64,000 bases of DNA from a phage. Below, piece after piece: positions 28,380 through 37,223 of this stretch. Each line of letters opens with the position of its first letter. The stretch's first letter is position 1. Below the pieces are notes generated by a model, which did no database searches, was not told the origin of the DNA, and saw only the letters and a program-made list of their open reading frames with translations. Both the position numbers and the translations under genes were made by a program. The stretch lies in the NCBI GenBank assembly GCA_012813795.1, contig GCA_012813795.1_4087.1. One strand, given 5' to 3'.

Positions 28380-29819
28380 TTACATATTTTCTTCTGCAAA
28401 CTCTGCAAGTGCAGAACGTACAACACCTTCCAATTCAATGATACGACACCCTTCCCAATCTTTGAATTTTTCAGTTACATATGTCAAACCACTATTAACT
28501 GGACTAATAAACTTACTATCAATCTGTGCTAAGTTACCCATAATGATAACCTTACAGTTTTGACCAGCACGGGTAAGAATAGTCTTTGCCTGTGCAGGGG
28601 TGATGTTCTGGAATTCATCTACAATTAGAATTGTATTAGTAAAAGAACGACCACGAATAAAGTTCAATGCTTTAAACTGCATTACGTTACGTTTGAGAAT
28701 CTCTTCAATGCTACCTTGTGGGTTAGCATCATCTTTGTGTAGATACTCTAGAGCATCGATTGCAGCCCCACAGAATGGGATGACCTTTTCAGCTTCAGAA
28801 CCAGGCAAGAAACCAATTTCTTCAAATTGAGAATCTTGTGTTTTGGAGAAGATTATACGATCATATTTACGTTTTTCCAGCACTAATTCAAGGGAAGTAG
28901 CAACGGTAATCAGTGTTTTACCAGTACCTGCTGAACCTAGTAGTACTGTCAAATGTACATCAGGGTCAAGAATACTGTTAATTGCTAGTGCCTGTTGAAT
29001 ATTCTTTGCTTTAATATCCCAAACTTTAGCACGAAGAGCGATACTTTGACCAATATCCTGGAATACCAAAATATCTTCAGGTGTTAGTGAACCGTCTTCT
29101 TCTTCGATAGCAGATTGACCTTCGTATACGAATAGTACATCAGCATTATCATATAGATAATCACCAATACATAGATTATCTGGTAGAACATCTTGAATCA
29201 ATGCGGTTGGAATATAGTGATATAGACGGCGACCTTCTTGTTGGGATTTAATTTCAGCATTGTTAACTTCACTGAATGTTTTCCAGAAATCAATATCAAG
29301 GTGGTGCTGTCCAATATGAATCAACTCACTATCTTCGATTGCAACGTCATGGCGGTAATCTTGTACCTCAACACCGTAGCTCATTGCTTTGATACGCATG
29401 TTAATGTCGCGAGTTACCAGTACTGATTGTGATGCCAAAGCCACTAGAATGATTTTGTCATCTGGTACAGTACTTTTAAGTAGAGTTTCTACTTTATCTT
29501 CACTGCCGCCCATACGAATAAGTGCTTCAGCTTCTTCATTCGTCATAACGAATAGCTTACTGGATGCATCCATATTTTTGTGGATATTGGCAATATTAAC
29601 ACCAGTACTGCTGATTTCTTCATGAGTAGCATCTTTCAGAATTGCATCGATGTTACGGATTGCGAAACGTGCATCACGTGATACGTCAACATTACGGCTC
29701 TTGATTGAATCAAGTTCTTCAAGAACAGTGAATGGTAGAATCACTGCTGCCCCATCAAATGCTACGGTTGCATTTGGATCGGATAGTAGTACGTTTGTGT
29801 CAATTGTGTATTTTTTCAT
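28380..29819 (-). CDS. phoH: PhoH-like ATPase with N-terminal PIN-like domain
   Basis: Walker A GSAGTGKT and Walker B LIVDEFQN in the C-terminal half; N-terminal IDTNVLL...LEELD is PIN-like; start set to the ATG (MKKYTID) with AAGGA RBS. Confidence 0.85.
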   Translation of the reverse strand: MKKYTIDTNVLLSDPNATVAFDGAAVILPFTVLEELDSIKSRNVDVSRDARFAIRNIDAILKDATHEEISSTGVNIANIHKNMDASSKLFVMTNEEAEALIRMGGSEDKVETLLKSTVPDDKIILVALASQSVLVTRDINMRIKAMSYGVEVQDYRHDVAIEDSELIHIGQHHLDIDFWKTFSEVNNAEIKSQQEGRRLYHYIPTALIQDVLPDNLCIGDYLYDNADVLFVYEGQSAIEEEDGSLTPEDILVFQDIGQSIALRAKVWDIKAKNIQQALAINSILDPDVHLTVLLGSAGTGKTLITVATSLELVLEKRKYDRIIFSKTQDSQFEEIGFLPGSEAEKVIPFCGAAIDALEYLHKDDANPQGSIEEILKRNVMQFKALNFIRGRSFTNTILIVDEFQNITPAQAKTILTRAGQNCKVIIMGNLAQIDSKFISPVNSGLTYVTEKFKDWEGCRIIELEGVVRSALAEFAEENM

Positions 29820-29883
29820 AAAACATCCTTGAGTTATGAGCACATCCTTGTGCTCTACGGTAGATTATAGACTCAGACACTTC

Positions 29884-30183
29884 TTATTGTGGCTCATAGT
29901 CAACGTAGCAGCGGTGACCGCGAGCCTTTTCTGTCCAGCATTCATTGTAAACAATTTGCCCAACTGAAACTGGTTTCCTTGATGCTCCATACTTAATAGA
30001 CCCATCTTCAGTCTTATAAGTAAATGAACATGTATTTTCTTCACACTGCCCTATGTCAGTAACAACAGCAGTACGGTAGTATATATCTCTGTGTTTGGTT
30101 TGATCTTGATGATAAAAGAACCAAAACCCAATAAGAAATATAATACTTGTGATTATAAAGCTTTGTATATGATGTTTTGTCAA
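29884..30183 (-). CDS. membrane-anchored hypothetical protein
   Basis: 99 aa; N-terminal TM (FIITSIIFLIGFWFFY) then Cys-containing domain. Confidence 0.5.
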   Translation of the reverse strand: MTKHHIQSFIITSIIFLIGFWFFYHQDQTKHRDIYYRTAVVTDIGQCEENTCSFTYKTEDGSIKYGASRKPVSVGQIVYNECWTEKARGHRCYVDYEPQ

Positions 30184-30512
30184 TTGTCCCCTCTCAAAAA
30201 TCTAAAACCATTCTGTAAGTACGTGTCAATGTTGACCTTCCCTACAGGATTACTGCTATGGATGATATAATCGAATTCAGTACTGATATTGTTTTCGACC
30301 ATATAATCAATTAGAAATTTTGCAAATGAATACCCTGTCTTTTCATCCTCCCCAACATCACCTAAGTCATGATCGAAGCTAATAAATTGTGGTAAACCAT
30401 GTTCATTTACATAAGCACATGCACTTTCATAATCACGACATAAAACCATGTTTTGATTTGGATAATACTTTTCAGGATCACGAATATCATCCAGAAACAT
30501 TGAGTAAGACAT
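30180..30512 (-). CDS. hypothetical protein
   Basis: 110-aa track ORF; ATG verified; 4-nt overlap with downstream gene. Confidence 0.5.
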   Translation of the reverse strand: MSYSMFLDDIRDPEKYYPNQNMVLCRDYESACAYVNEHGLPQFISFDHDLGDVGEDEKTGYSFAKFLIDYMVENNISTEFDYIIHSSNPVGKVNIDTYLQNGFRFLRGDN

Positions 30513-30523
30513 TATAATTCACC

Positions 30524-31072
30524 TTATAAGTAACTAATCAGTAAATTCTCGGATTGAACAAGATGTTCTAATTCCATTTTAGCAGTTCCTATGAAGTTTT
30601 GTGTCATAAGATTATTATATCCTGCTTCTCGGTTTTGTCCCTTTGAATAACGAGAAATGTGACATAAATTAACACCAGCCACTTCTGCACTTGCATGTTT
30701 AGCAGTACTGTATCCATCGCGAATCGCTTTCAATTCTTCGTAAGTAACTTCATAACTATAGCTATGGGTATGTGCTCCTGGATATAGTTCGTAAGTTTTC
30801 AATGGTTTCAATTGTTCGATAAAAATATTATAATTCATCTCTTCCTGAATTTCACGGAATAGTGCATCTTCTAAGGTGGCATCGGTATCTTCGACTGTTC
30901 CACCACAACCACCCAGTAAACCATCCCAACGAAGCTGGAGTAATACCAGATTCACAACAGGGATATCATTTAATTCATAACCTTTATATGGGTTACAATT
31001 TCGAGCAAAGAAGTAACAGAATACAAAGTTTGCTCGTTTACCATACTCACCTAGAGGTACTTCTCGAATCAT
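30524..31072 (-). CDS. Nudix-family hydrolase
   Basis: 182 aa; Nudix-box-like GGTVE...REIQEEMNY with non-canonical spacing; start overlaps the Sir2 stop as ATGA. Confidence 0.55.
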   Translation of the reverse strand: MIREVPLGEYGKRANFVFCYFFARNCNPYKGYELNDIPVVNLVLLQLRWDGLLGGCGGTVEDTDATLEDALFREIQEEMNYNIFIEQLKPLKTYELYPGAHTHSYSYEVTYEELKAIRDGYSTAKHASAEVAGVNLCHISRYSKGQNREAGYNNLMTQNFIGTAKMELEHLVQSENLLISYL

Positions 31073-31821
31073 TTCATTCTATCCTTAATGATAGTTTCCA
31101 GTACTGGAATCGCTTTTGTAGCTGGTTTTATAATTTTTTCATTGAACATGAAATCGTTATCATTTTTTCTGATGTTGATATTAACACTAAAGCATGGTAA
31201 ACAAGCAACCAGATGTGACCATTTCAGTACTGTGTCACTGCTACCAATGACTACAACTGTATCATCTTCTGTTAAGGATTGCAATACTAAATTACGCTCA
31301 TCGTATATTGGGAGTTTTTCACCATCAACATAACGATAATATTCACCAATGAACACTACGTTTGGTTTCGCAAAGACACCTTCTTTCGGAATGTACGGTT
31401 CATAACCACAATCCACAATACTATAATCGTCACCACCAATTGTAAAATTCTCAATAACTTCTTTTAAATTACCATGTAACTTTAATTCATTACCACCAAT
31501 ACGAGTATAGAGATCATCCATATTCGAAGTCATATGTAAAAAGTTATCCCCGTATGTATCTTCTAGAGATTTGATATAATAATGCATATCATTAGGAACA
31601 CAATCTTTCATTTTATCACGTAATGTATTATAGAAAGTGTGTACTAAATGATACTTAGTACTAAGACGTGCAATGTTACATACATCATTTATTTGAAATT
31701 GATCCCATAGACCATCGTCCATGCGAAACGGTTCCATCCCACTTTCAACGGATAGACCTGCACCGGAAATAACCAATACACGTTTATTACCTTTATTTTT
31801 TATAAAAGAGTCAGAAATCAT
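31069..31821 (-). CDS. Sir2-family (sirtuin-like) NAD-dependent enzyme
   Basis: 250 aa; canonical sirtuin motifs GAGLSVESGMEPFR, TSNMDDL, LHGNL, VVFIGE, VVVIGSS; no Zn-ribbon cysteines. Confidence 0.8.
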   Translation of the reverse strand: MISDSFIKNKGNKRVLVISGAGLSVESGMEPFRMDDGLWDQFQINDVCNIARLSTKYHLVHTFYNTLRDKMKDCVPNDMHYYIKSLEDTYGDNFLHMTSNMDDLYTRIGGNELKLHGNLKEVIENFTIGGDDYSIVDCGYEPYIPKEGVFAKPNVVFIGEYYRYVDGEKLPIYDERNLVLQSLTEDDTVVVIGSSDTVLKWSHLVACLPCFSVNINIRKNDNDFMFNEKIIKPATKAIPVLETIIKDRMK

Positions 31822-32030
31822 AGCTTACCTACTGTACCTAATGAACTCAAATCATATACAAATAATATACACACAACAGAGATGATAATATGATATACCA
31901 TCCATCCATTGAATTTCTCTTTGTTTTTGATAATTTTATATATACATTTAATATTATTGTACGCTGCAACTGCTAGAAATACAACAACAAAATAAACAAA
32001 GCATAGTGAAAAGTAATTGATAGTTATCAT
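31818..32030 (-). CDS. small membrane protein
   Basis: 70 aa with two hydrophobic segments. Confidence 0.45.
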   Translation of the reverse strand: MITINYFSLCFVYFVVVFLAVAAYNNIKCIYKIIKNKEKFNGWMVYHIIISVVCILFVYDLSSLGTVGKL

Positions 32031-32063
32031 AGTTATAATACTCTCCTTATTAAATTAATATAG

Positions 32064-32087
32064 GGGATTATAAGAATCCCCTTTTTT
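32064..32087 (+). terminator. orphan plus-strand intrinsic terminator hairpin
   Basis: Stem GGGGATT/AATCCCC with 4-nt loop, followed by T6 on the plus strand, inside a minus-strand gene block. Confidence 0.4.
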
Positions 32088-32090
32088 GTA

Positions 32091-32693
32091 TTACAGCTTA
32101 GGATAGCTTAGTAAATCATACTCAGCACTAACGCTGGTGACATTATCACTTACAATTTTGAAGATAGAATCGGTGCGGTCAACCATCTTAACACCTGTTT
32201 CTTTTTGAACTTCAATATATGCTTGCATAGCTGCAATTGCATGATATGTCCCACTACCTACTGACGTAATTTGAGTCTTCGGCTGGAGTACTGAAAAATC
32301 CCCTTGAACTTCATAAATTGTATGATTGTGGAGAATAATAAACTGTCCACCACCAACGTCTTGAGTTGTATCACGAGCACCCCATTCTTCTTTAAAGAGT
32401 GTGCGAATACGTGGGATTACCTCAAGTACTAAGTACTGTGAGAATGTTTGGTTTGATTGCTGTTCAGGTAAATCAAGTTTATACGTCAGCAATTGTCCCA
32501 TGCGGAAGCTCGACGTGTATCCCATTGCCATAACTTCTTTGGTGCGATTCAATCCACTTTCATCGATTTTGATGAATTCTTTTTCAAACACTTTTGGTTC
32601 AGTTTGAATTGCTTTAGTGAAACCATTACTACCCAGTTTGTCACCAGCGATAAAAGATGTGTTACCATCAGTATAAGCAATAATACAAGTCAT
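32091..32693 (-). CDS. HslV/proteasome-beta-like Ntn hydrolase
   Basis: 200 aa; N-terminal MTCIIAYTDGNTSFIAGD aligns with the HslV Thr1 region (TTIVSVRRNGHVVIAGD); internal SVGSGTYHAIAAMQA aligns with HslV IGSGGPYAQAAARA. Confidence 0.55.
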   Translation of the reverse strand: MTCIIAYTDGNTSFIAGDKLGSNGFTKAIQTEPKVFEKEFIKIDESGLNRTKEVMAMGYTSSFRMGQLLTYKLDLPEQQSNQTFSQYLVLEVIPRIRTLFKEEWGARDTTQDVGGGQFIILHNHTIYEVQGDFSVLQPKTQITSVGSGTYHAIAAMQAYIEVQKETGVKMVDRTDSIFKIVSDNVTSVSAEYDLLSYPKL

Positions 32694-32704
32694 TGATATC
32701 TCCG

Positions 32705-32968
32705 TTATAAAAGGTGTGTTACATCTAAGATTGTGTACATGAAATACAATAGTAAACCCAAAATTATGAGTAAAATTGTATACGAAATTTTAAAGAAATA
32801 ATAAAAGTACTTTTCAGTTTTAGAAGAAAACTCACCATTTTCTTCAAGAAAACCACTCTTAAAATCACTTGCCATAATCACTGATAAAAGAACAATGATT
32901 CCATATGTAACTATAGTAGCATAGAAGATGAACTCTGTCCAGCCTTGAAGATGTGATAATTCTGTCAT
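32705..32968 (-). CDS. small membrane protein
   Basis: 87 aa with two TM segments. Confidence 0.45.
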   Translation of the reverse strand: MTELSHLQGWTEFIFYATIVTYGIIVLLSVIMASDFKSGFLEENGEFSSKTEKYFYYFFKISYTILLIILGLLLYFMYTILDVTHLL

Positions 32969-33094
32969 TTTTTGTTTCCTTGGTTGTTAATGTACAACCA
33001 TTATATCTTAAAATCGGGTGGCAGTACACCACCCTTAACCAAAATCATGAATTAGTATTAGGATTATATCATTGCTTCATAAAAAATACAACTT

Positions 33095-33700
33095 TTATTG
33101 AATAATTCCCCATTTAACTAGATCTGTTCTTCGTAAGACAACGATATCCTCACCATGTTTAGTACTGATATCAATGAGTGTTTCAGCGGGGATACCGTTA
33201 TGTGCGTACAGTGTAAAAAGATACCCAACTTTAGTTGAGACTTGATGTGTAAACTCCATCAACTGTCTAACTGAAACGAATGTAGTATCTGGATCTGCAC
33301 CATTCGTAGATACCAGTGAGATGTTATGTAAACCCATCACTGCGGTATCACTCATATCCCTACGTTCAGTTGATGCAGAGAAAAAAACCAGACTACAAGA
33401 CGAATTACATTGCTTTGGGACATAAACAGTTAACTTTTTAGCAGCCACAAACAATCCCAAATCTAATCCTGCATCAAAATCTCCACCTGGTGATGTAATT
33501 GTTAAAATTTTAAATCTTGTTTCTTTCCACAACTTCTTCACTTCTTGTACAGTTTCATCATTTAGTTCACCATCAATTGACACAACATGTTCATTTAATA
33601 GAAAAACAGATGATTTTTTTGAAACTTCTGCCGCTGCCGGAAAGTTTAATGCAGCGATTAAAACAACGGTTTGTACAATCTCTTTCAAGATTCGTTTCAT
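33095..33700 (-). CDS. secreted ClpP/S49-like serine peptidase-fold protein
   Basis: 201 aa; N-terminal signal peptide (VVLIAALNFPAAA); ITSPGGDFDAGLDLGLF resembles the ClpP/crotonase-fold active-site region. Confidence 0.5.
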   Translation of the reverse strand: MKRILKEIVQTVVLIAALNFPAAAEVSKKSSVFLLNEHVVSIDGELNDETVQEVKKLWKETRFKILTITSPGGDFDAGLDLGLFVAAKKLTVYVPKQCNSSCSLVFFSASTERRDMSDTAVMGLHNISLVSTNGADPDTTFVSVRQLMEFTHQVSTKVGYLFTLYAHNGIPAETLIDISTKHGEDIVVLRRTDLVKWGIIQ

Positions 33701-33899
33701 TTATTACCTCGGATTTGAGTTAAGGAACATAAATAATAGTATAATAATTGATCAATTATGTCAAGTACAAAACTGAACAATTATGACTGTAGTATCAAGT
33801 GTTTTTGTTAAGTTCATTGATTTACCAATTGACCATTTGAACTATGGTATCATATTGGGAGGCAGTTTGCAATCCCATTTTTTAAGGTAAGGAGATGTT
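33701..33899. promoter_or_regulatory. divergent promoter region
   Basis: 200-bp AT-rich spacer between divergently transcribed genes; contains CATAAATA and TATAAT near 33728-33745, TTGACC near 33829 and an AAGGAGA RBS for the plus-strand gene. Confidence 0.4.
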
Positions 33900-36800
33900 A
33901 TGAAACCAATAGCTGGCTTAGATCAATTTCCATTTGTTATAGGTGGATTGCAGGTTACTGCTGCAAAGATAGAAGGGCAAGTATTTGTTAAAGAATTGTA
34001 TGTTATAAAACAAAGAACATTCGATTCGTATGATTTGATATCTGAAAATTTCAAGATTTACAAAGATATAAAAATCACAGGTAGAAATAAAGATAAATCA
34101 ACATTGACGTATGATGATGACGATGCTGAAATTGCTAAATCTTTAGCAAATAATACATTTTGCATAAAAGAATCTGATGATTTTAACAAAAAATATGGTT
34201 TTGGTATACAATATCAATTGAATAAAATAAAATTACATAATGGTGAAGTGATATTTAGACAATCCTCAATTCGACCATCAGTACTTAATGGTGTTTTCAT
34301 TACACCGAGTTCATTTGAGATTGATGTTGGTCAACAACAAGTATTTGACGCGATATATGATCCACAAAGTTGGATTAATAAAAATGGTACTTGGGATTAT
34401 GATAAATCAGTTTTTGATGTGGTTTCTTTTACACAAACATCAATCACACTTCTCGCTAAACAAGATGCCATTAATACAGAAATAAAATATTCACCTACTG
34501 GACGAGAAATAAATCGCATAGCAGTCAGTATAGGTTCAGTAGTAGATAACACTTCTATAATTAAAAACATTTCAATAACACCTAATGTCATAAATTCCAA
34601 ATTATCTGAAGATTTTACAGTTAATGTAGTTTATGATCCTATCAAATATAAATTCAAATCAGGTAAATGGTCTGTCAGTGATACATCAGTACTACAATTT
34701 GTTTCTGGTGATGGTGAAACTGCGACATTTAAACCTATCAGCGTTGGTTCTTCCACAATAACATTCACATTAGATAAAGATAGTACAAAAACTGCAACTG
34801 CATCAGTTGAAGTATCTTATGCAGATTTAAAATCCGTCACAATATCACCAGAAAATGTAACTGGTACTATAGGTGAAACTGGTAGTATTTCAATAAGTTA
34901 TGTACCAGATAATGCACAAAAAGGTGGTTCATGGGCTATTTCTGATAAATTAATACTAAAAGAATTATCATCGACAATATCAGAATTTGATTATGAATTG
35001 GTTGGTAATGGAACAACATATGCTACATTCGTCCCATTAGCTAATTATGATGGTTCAATGATAACTGCTAAATTTGATGTTAACTATTCAAAACTTGAAA
35101 ACATTGTTCTTACACCTTCATCAGTTAGTAATCTAGTTCCAGGCGACACAGGAAAAATTAGTATTGAATATACACCAAGTACTGTTGAAACTGGTGGTAC
35201 ATGGTCATTCAATCCAACTGGTGTAATAGAACAAGATCTCAGCAAAAGTACGAGTACTGAAATGTATTATAATGTATTAATCCCAGGTACATCAACTGCA
35301 ACATTCCACCCAACTGCGTCATATGATGGAACTCCTAAAACTGTTTCATTTGAAGTTGGGAATTCCGAGTTAACTGGTATTACGCTAACACCTACTACAT
35401 CAACCGTAAAAATTGGTGATGATTTCTATATTGATATTACATATGAACCAAACACTGCTCTACATGAAGGTACATGGAATACATCAGATTTTGAGAAATA
35501 TGTAACACTCGAATCAGATAGTACACCTGATCGTGCACATTTTAAAGCTATAGGTGTGATTGATTCTGTTAATCTGACATATTCAAAAGGAACAATTAGT
35601 GCAACTAACAAATGTGCAGTTAATTATTCTGATTTAAAATCTATCACATTAAGTCCAACTGCAACATATGCTAAACTTGGTGATGATTTCTATGTAGATA
35701 TTGCATATGATCCAGACACAGCACAACACACGGGTTCATGGAATACATCAGATTTTGAGAAATATGTAACACTAGAATCAGATAGTACACCTGACCGTGC
35801 ACACTTCAAAGCAATTGATTTAGTTGATGAAGTTGATTTGGTATATTCGAATGGTAATATAAGTGATACGAATTATTGTGGAGTTAGTCGTCCACCATTA
35901 ATTTCAGTTTCATTGTCACCTTCTTCTGAAAAAGTTAAAGTTGGTGATTCCTTTAATGTGAAGATTACATATAACCCTAATACTGCTCAACATTACGGTG
36001 AATGGAATTTGGATGAAATAAAAGAATATCTTACATATGATTCGGATCTTAGTGTTTATGATGTGGCTGTGTTTGATGTTATTAAACGTTCTGAAACACC
36101 AATAGAATTGAAATTTACAAGTGCAGGTAAAACTGCAACAAACACTTGTGAATTTGAAGAAGCTGTGTTAACCGGAATTTCATTGAAAATACAAGAAAAT
36201 ACGCCAATATACGACAGCCTATATGTTGTACCATATAAAGGTGACATATATATTGATGTTCTACCTATTCCAGCCGACGCAAAATTACCAGACGATATTG
36301 GAACCATCACTGATAATACGGGATTATATGATTTAACGTTTTTTGATTTTTTGAGTTTTAATAAAGAAAAAAGTACAAATCACCGTTTGTATTTTGATTT
36401 TGTTTCATCATTTGATGAGTATATGTATTTTATTGAGGAATCTTCAAAAGGATTAATATTCACATATACACTGTCTAATGGTATGACGGTAGACTCACCG
36501 GCAATGGTAACAAATTTTCCAGAACTGACGAAAGTCACCCTTGTGCCATCATCTGGAAAATGTGATGTTAACTCAATAATAAAATGCGAGGCAACACTTG
36601 ATAATGGTATGTCAACTTATTATATTAATCCGTTGAGTACTTATACAAGTGAACACGAGGATTATTTGGTAATTGAAGATAGAACATCCTTTCAGCCGTT
36701 TGATGAATTCCTTGAACCAATTGAAATTGTAGGTAAACTTCCAACAAATATATATGTACCAGATGGTAATTACGTATATTTCACATATACACTATCAACC

Positions 36801-37187
36801 ACACCTGCCCAACCGTTGATTGATTATAATATTTACATATATGATAGTAATGAATGTATAAAAGGACGTATAAAAAATCCAACAGACGTAGTTAACATAA
36901 AATATATGAATGTCTTTTTCTTTGACATAGAGAATAATCCACCAAATGCTTTATATAGAGGAAAAATGGAAGGTGGTATTCCTGTTACGTTTCAATATGA
37001 CACCCAAAATTCTAGATTAAATTCGTATACTTATATGGTACAGGGGGTAACTGATGGACCAATAACTCTAAAATACACTTCATCTGCTACTGGTGTTATT
37101 AGAACTGCACAAGTTGATGTTACTGGACCAATGACTGATGATAGTAATAAAACTGATGAGGGGGGTGATGGTGATTTACTTAAATGA
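33900..37187 (+). CDS. large Ig-like (Big_2-type) repeat protein 1
   Basis: 1095 aa; about 7 tandem ~90-aa units with the recurring pattern ...TP..(V/K)(L/I).GD.F...I.Y.P.TA.H.G.W...; distinct ~330-aa C-terminal region. Confidence 0.75.
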   Translation: MKPIAGLDQFPFVIGGLQVTAAKIEGQVFVKELYVIKQRTFDSYDLISENFKIYKDIKITGRNKDKSTLTYDDDDAEIAKSLANNTFCIKESDDFNKKYGFGIQYQLNKIKLHNGEVIFRQSSIRPSVLNGVFITPSSFEIDVGQQQVFDAIYDPQSWINKNGTWDYDKSVFDVVSFTQTSITLLAKQDAINTEIKYSPTGREINRIAVSIGSVVDNTSIIKNISITPNVINSKLSEDFTVNVVYDPIKYKFKSGKWSVSDTSVLQFVSGDGETATFKPISVGSSTITFTLDKDSTKTATASVEVSYADLKSVTISPENVTGTIGETGSISISYVPDNAQKGGSWAISDKLILKELSSTISEFDYELVGNGTTYATFVPLANYDGSMITAKFDVNYSKLENIVLTPSSVSNLVPGDTGKISIEYTPSTVETGGTWSFNPTGVIEQDLSKSTSTEMYYNVLIPGTSTATFHPTASYDGTPKTVSFEVGNSELTGITLTPTTSTVKIGDDFYIDITYEPNTALHEGTWNTSDFEKYVTLESDSTPDRAHFKAIGVIDSVNLTYSKGTISATNKCAVNYSDLKSITLSPTATYAKLGDDFYVDIAYDPDTAQHTGSWNTSDFEKYVTLESDSTPDRAHFKAIDLVDEVDLVYSNGNISDTNYCGVSRPPLISVSLSPSSEKVKVGDSFNVKITYNPNTAQHYGEWNLDEIKEYLTYDSDLSVYDVAVFDVIKRSETPIELKFTSAGKTATNTCEFEEAVLTGISLKIQENTPIYDSLYVVPYKGDIYIDVLPIPADAKLPDDIGTITDNTGLYDLTFFDFLSFNKEKSTNHRLYFDFVSSFDEYMYFIEESSKGLIFTYTLSNGMTVDSPAMVTNFPELTKVTLVPSSGKCDVNSIIKCEATLDNGMSTYYINPLSTYTSEHEDYLVIEDRTSFQPFDEFLEPIEIVGKLPTNIYVPDGNYVYFTYTLSTTPAQPLIDYNIYIYDSNECIKGRIKNPTDVVNIKYMNVFFFDIENNPPNALYRGKMEGGIPVTFQYDTQNSRLNSYTYMVQGVTDGPITLKYTSSATGVIRTAQVDVTGPMTDDSNKTDEGGDGDLLK
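35415..35825 (+). repeat. near-identical intragenic tandem duplication (period about 273 bp)
   Basis: Two copies sharing an almost identical ~60-bp core (catggaatacatcagattttgagaaatatgtaacact.gaatcagatagtacacctga), encoding the duplicated peptide SDFEKYVTLESDSTPDRAHFKAI. Confidence 0.8.
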
Positions 37188-37223
37188 TTATAAATTAATT
37201 TTAATGCTAAGGAGAAATATTTT

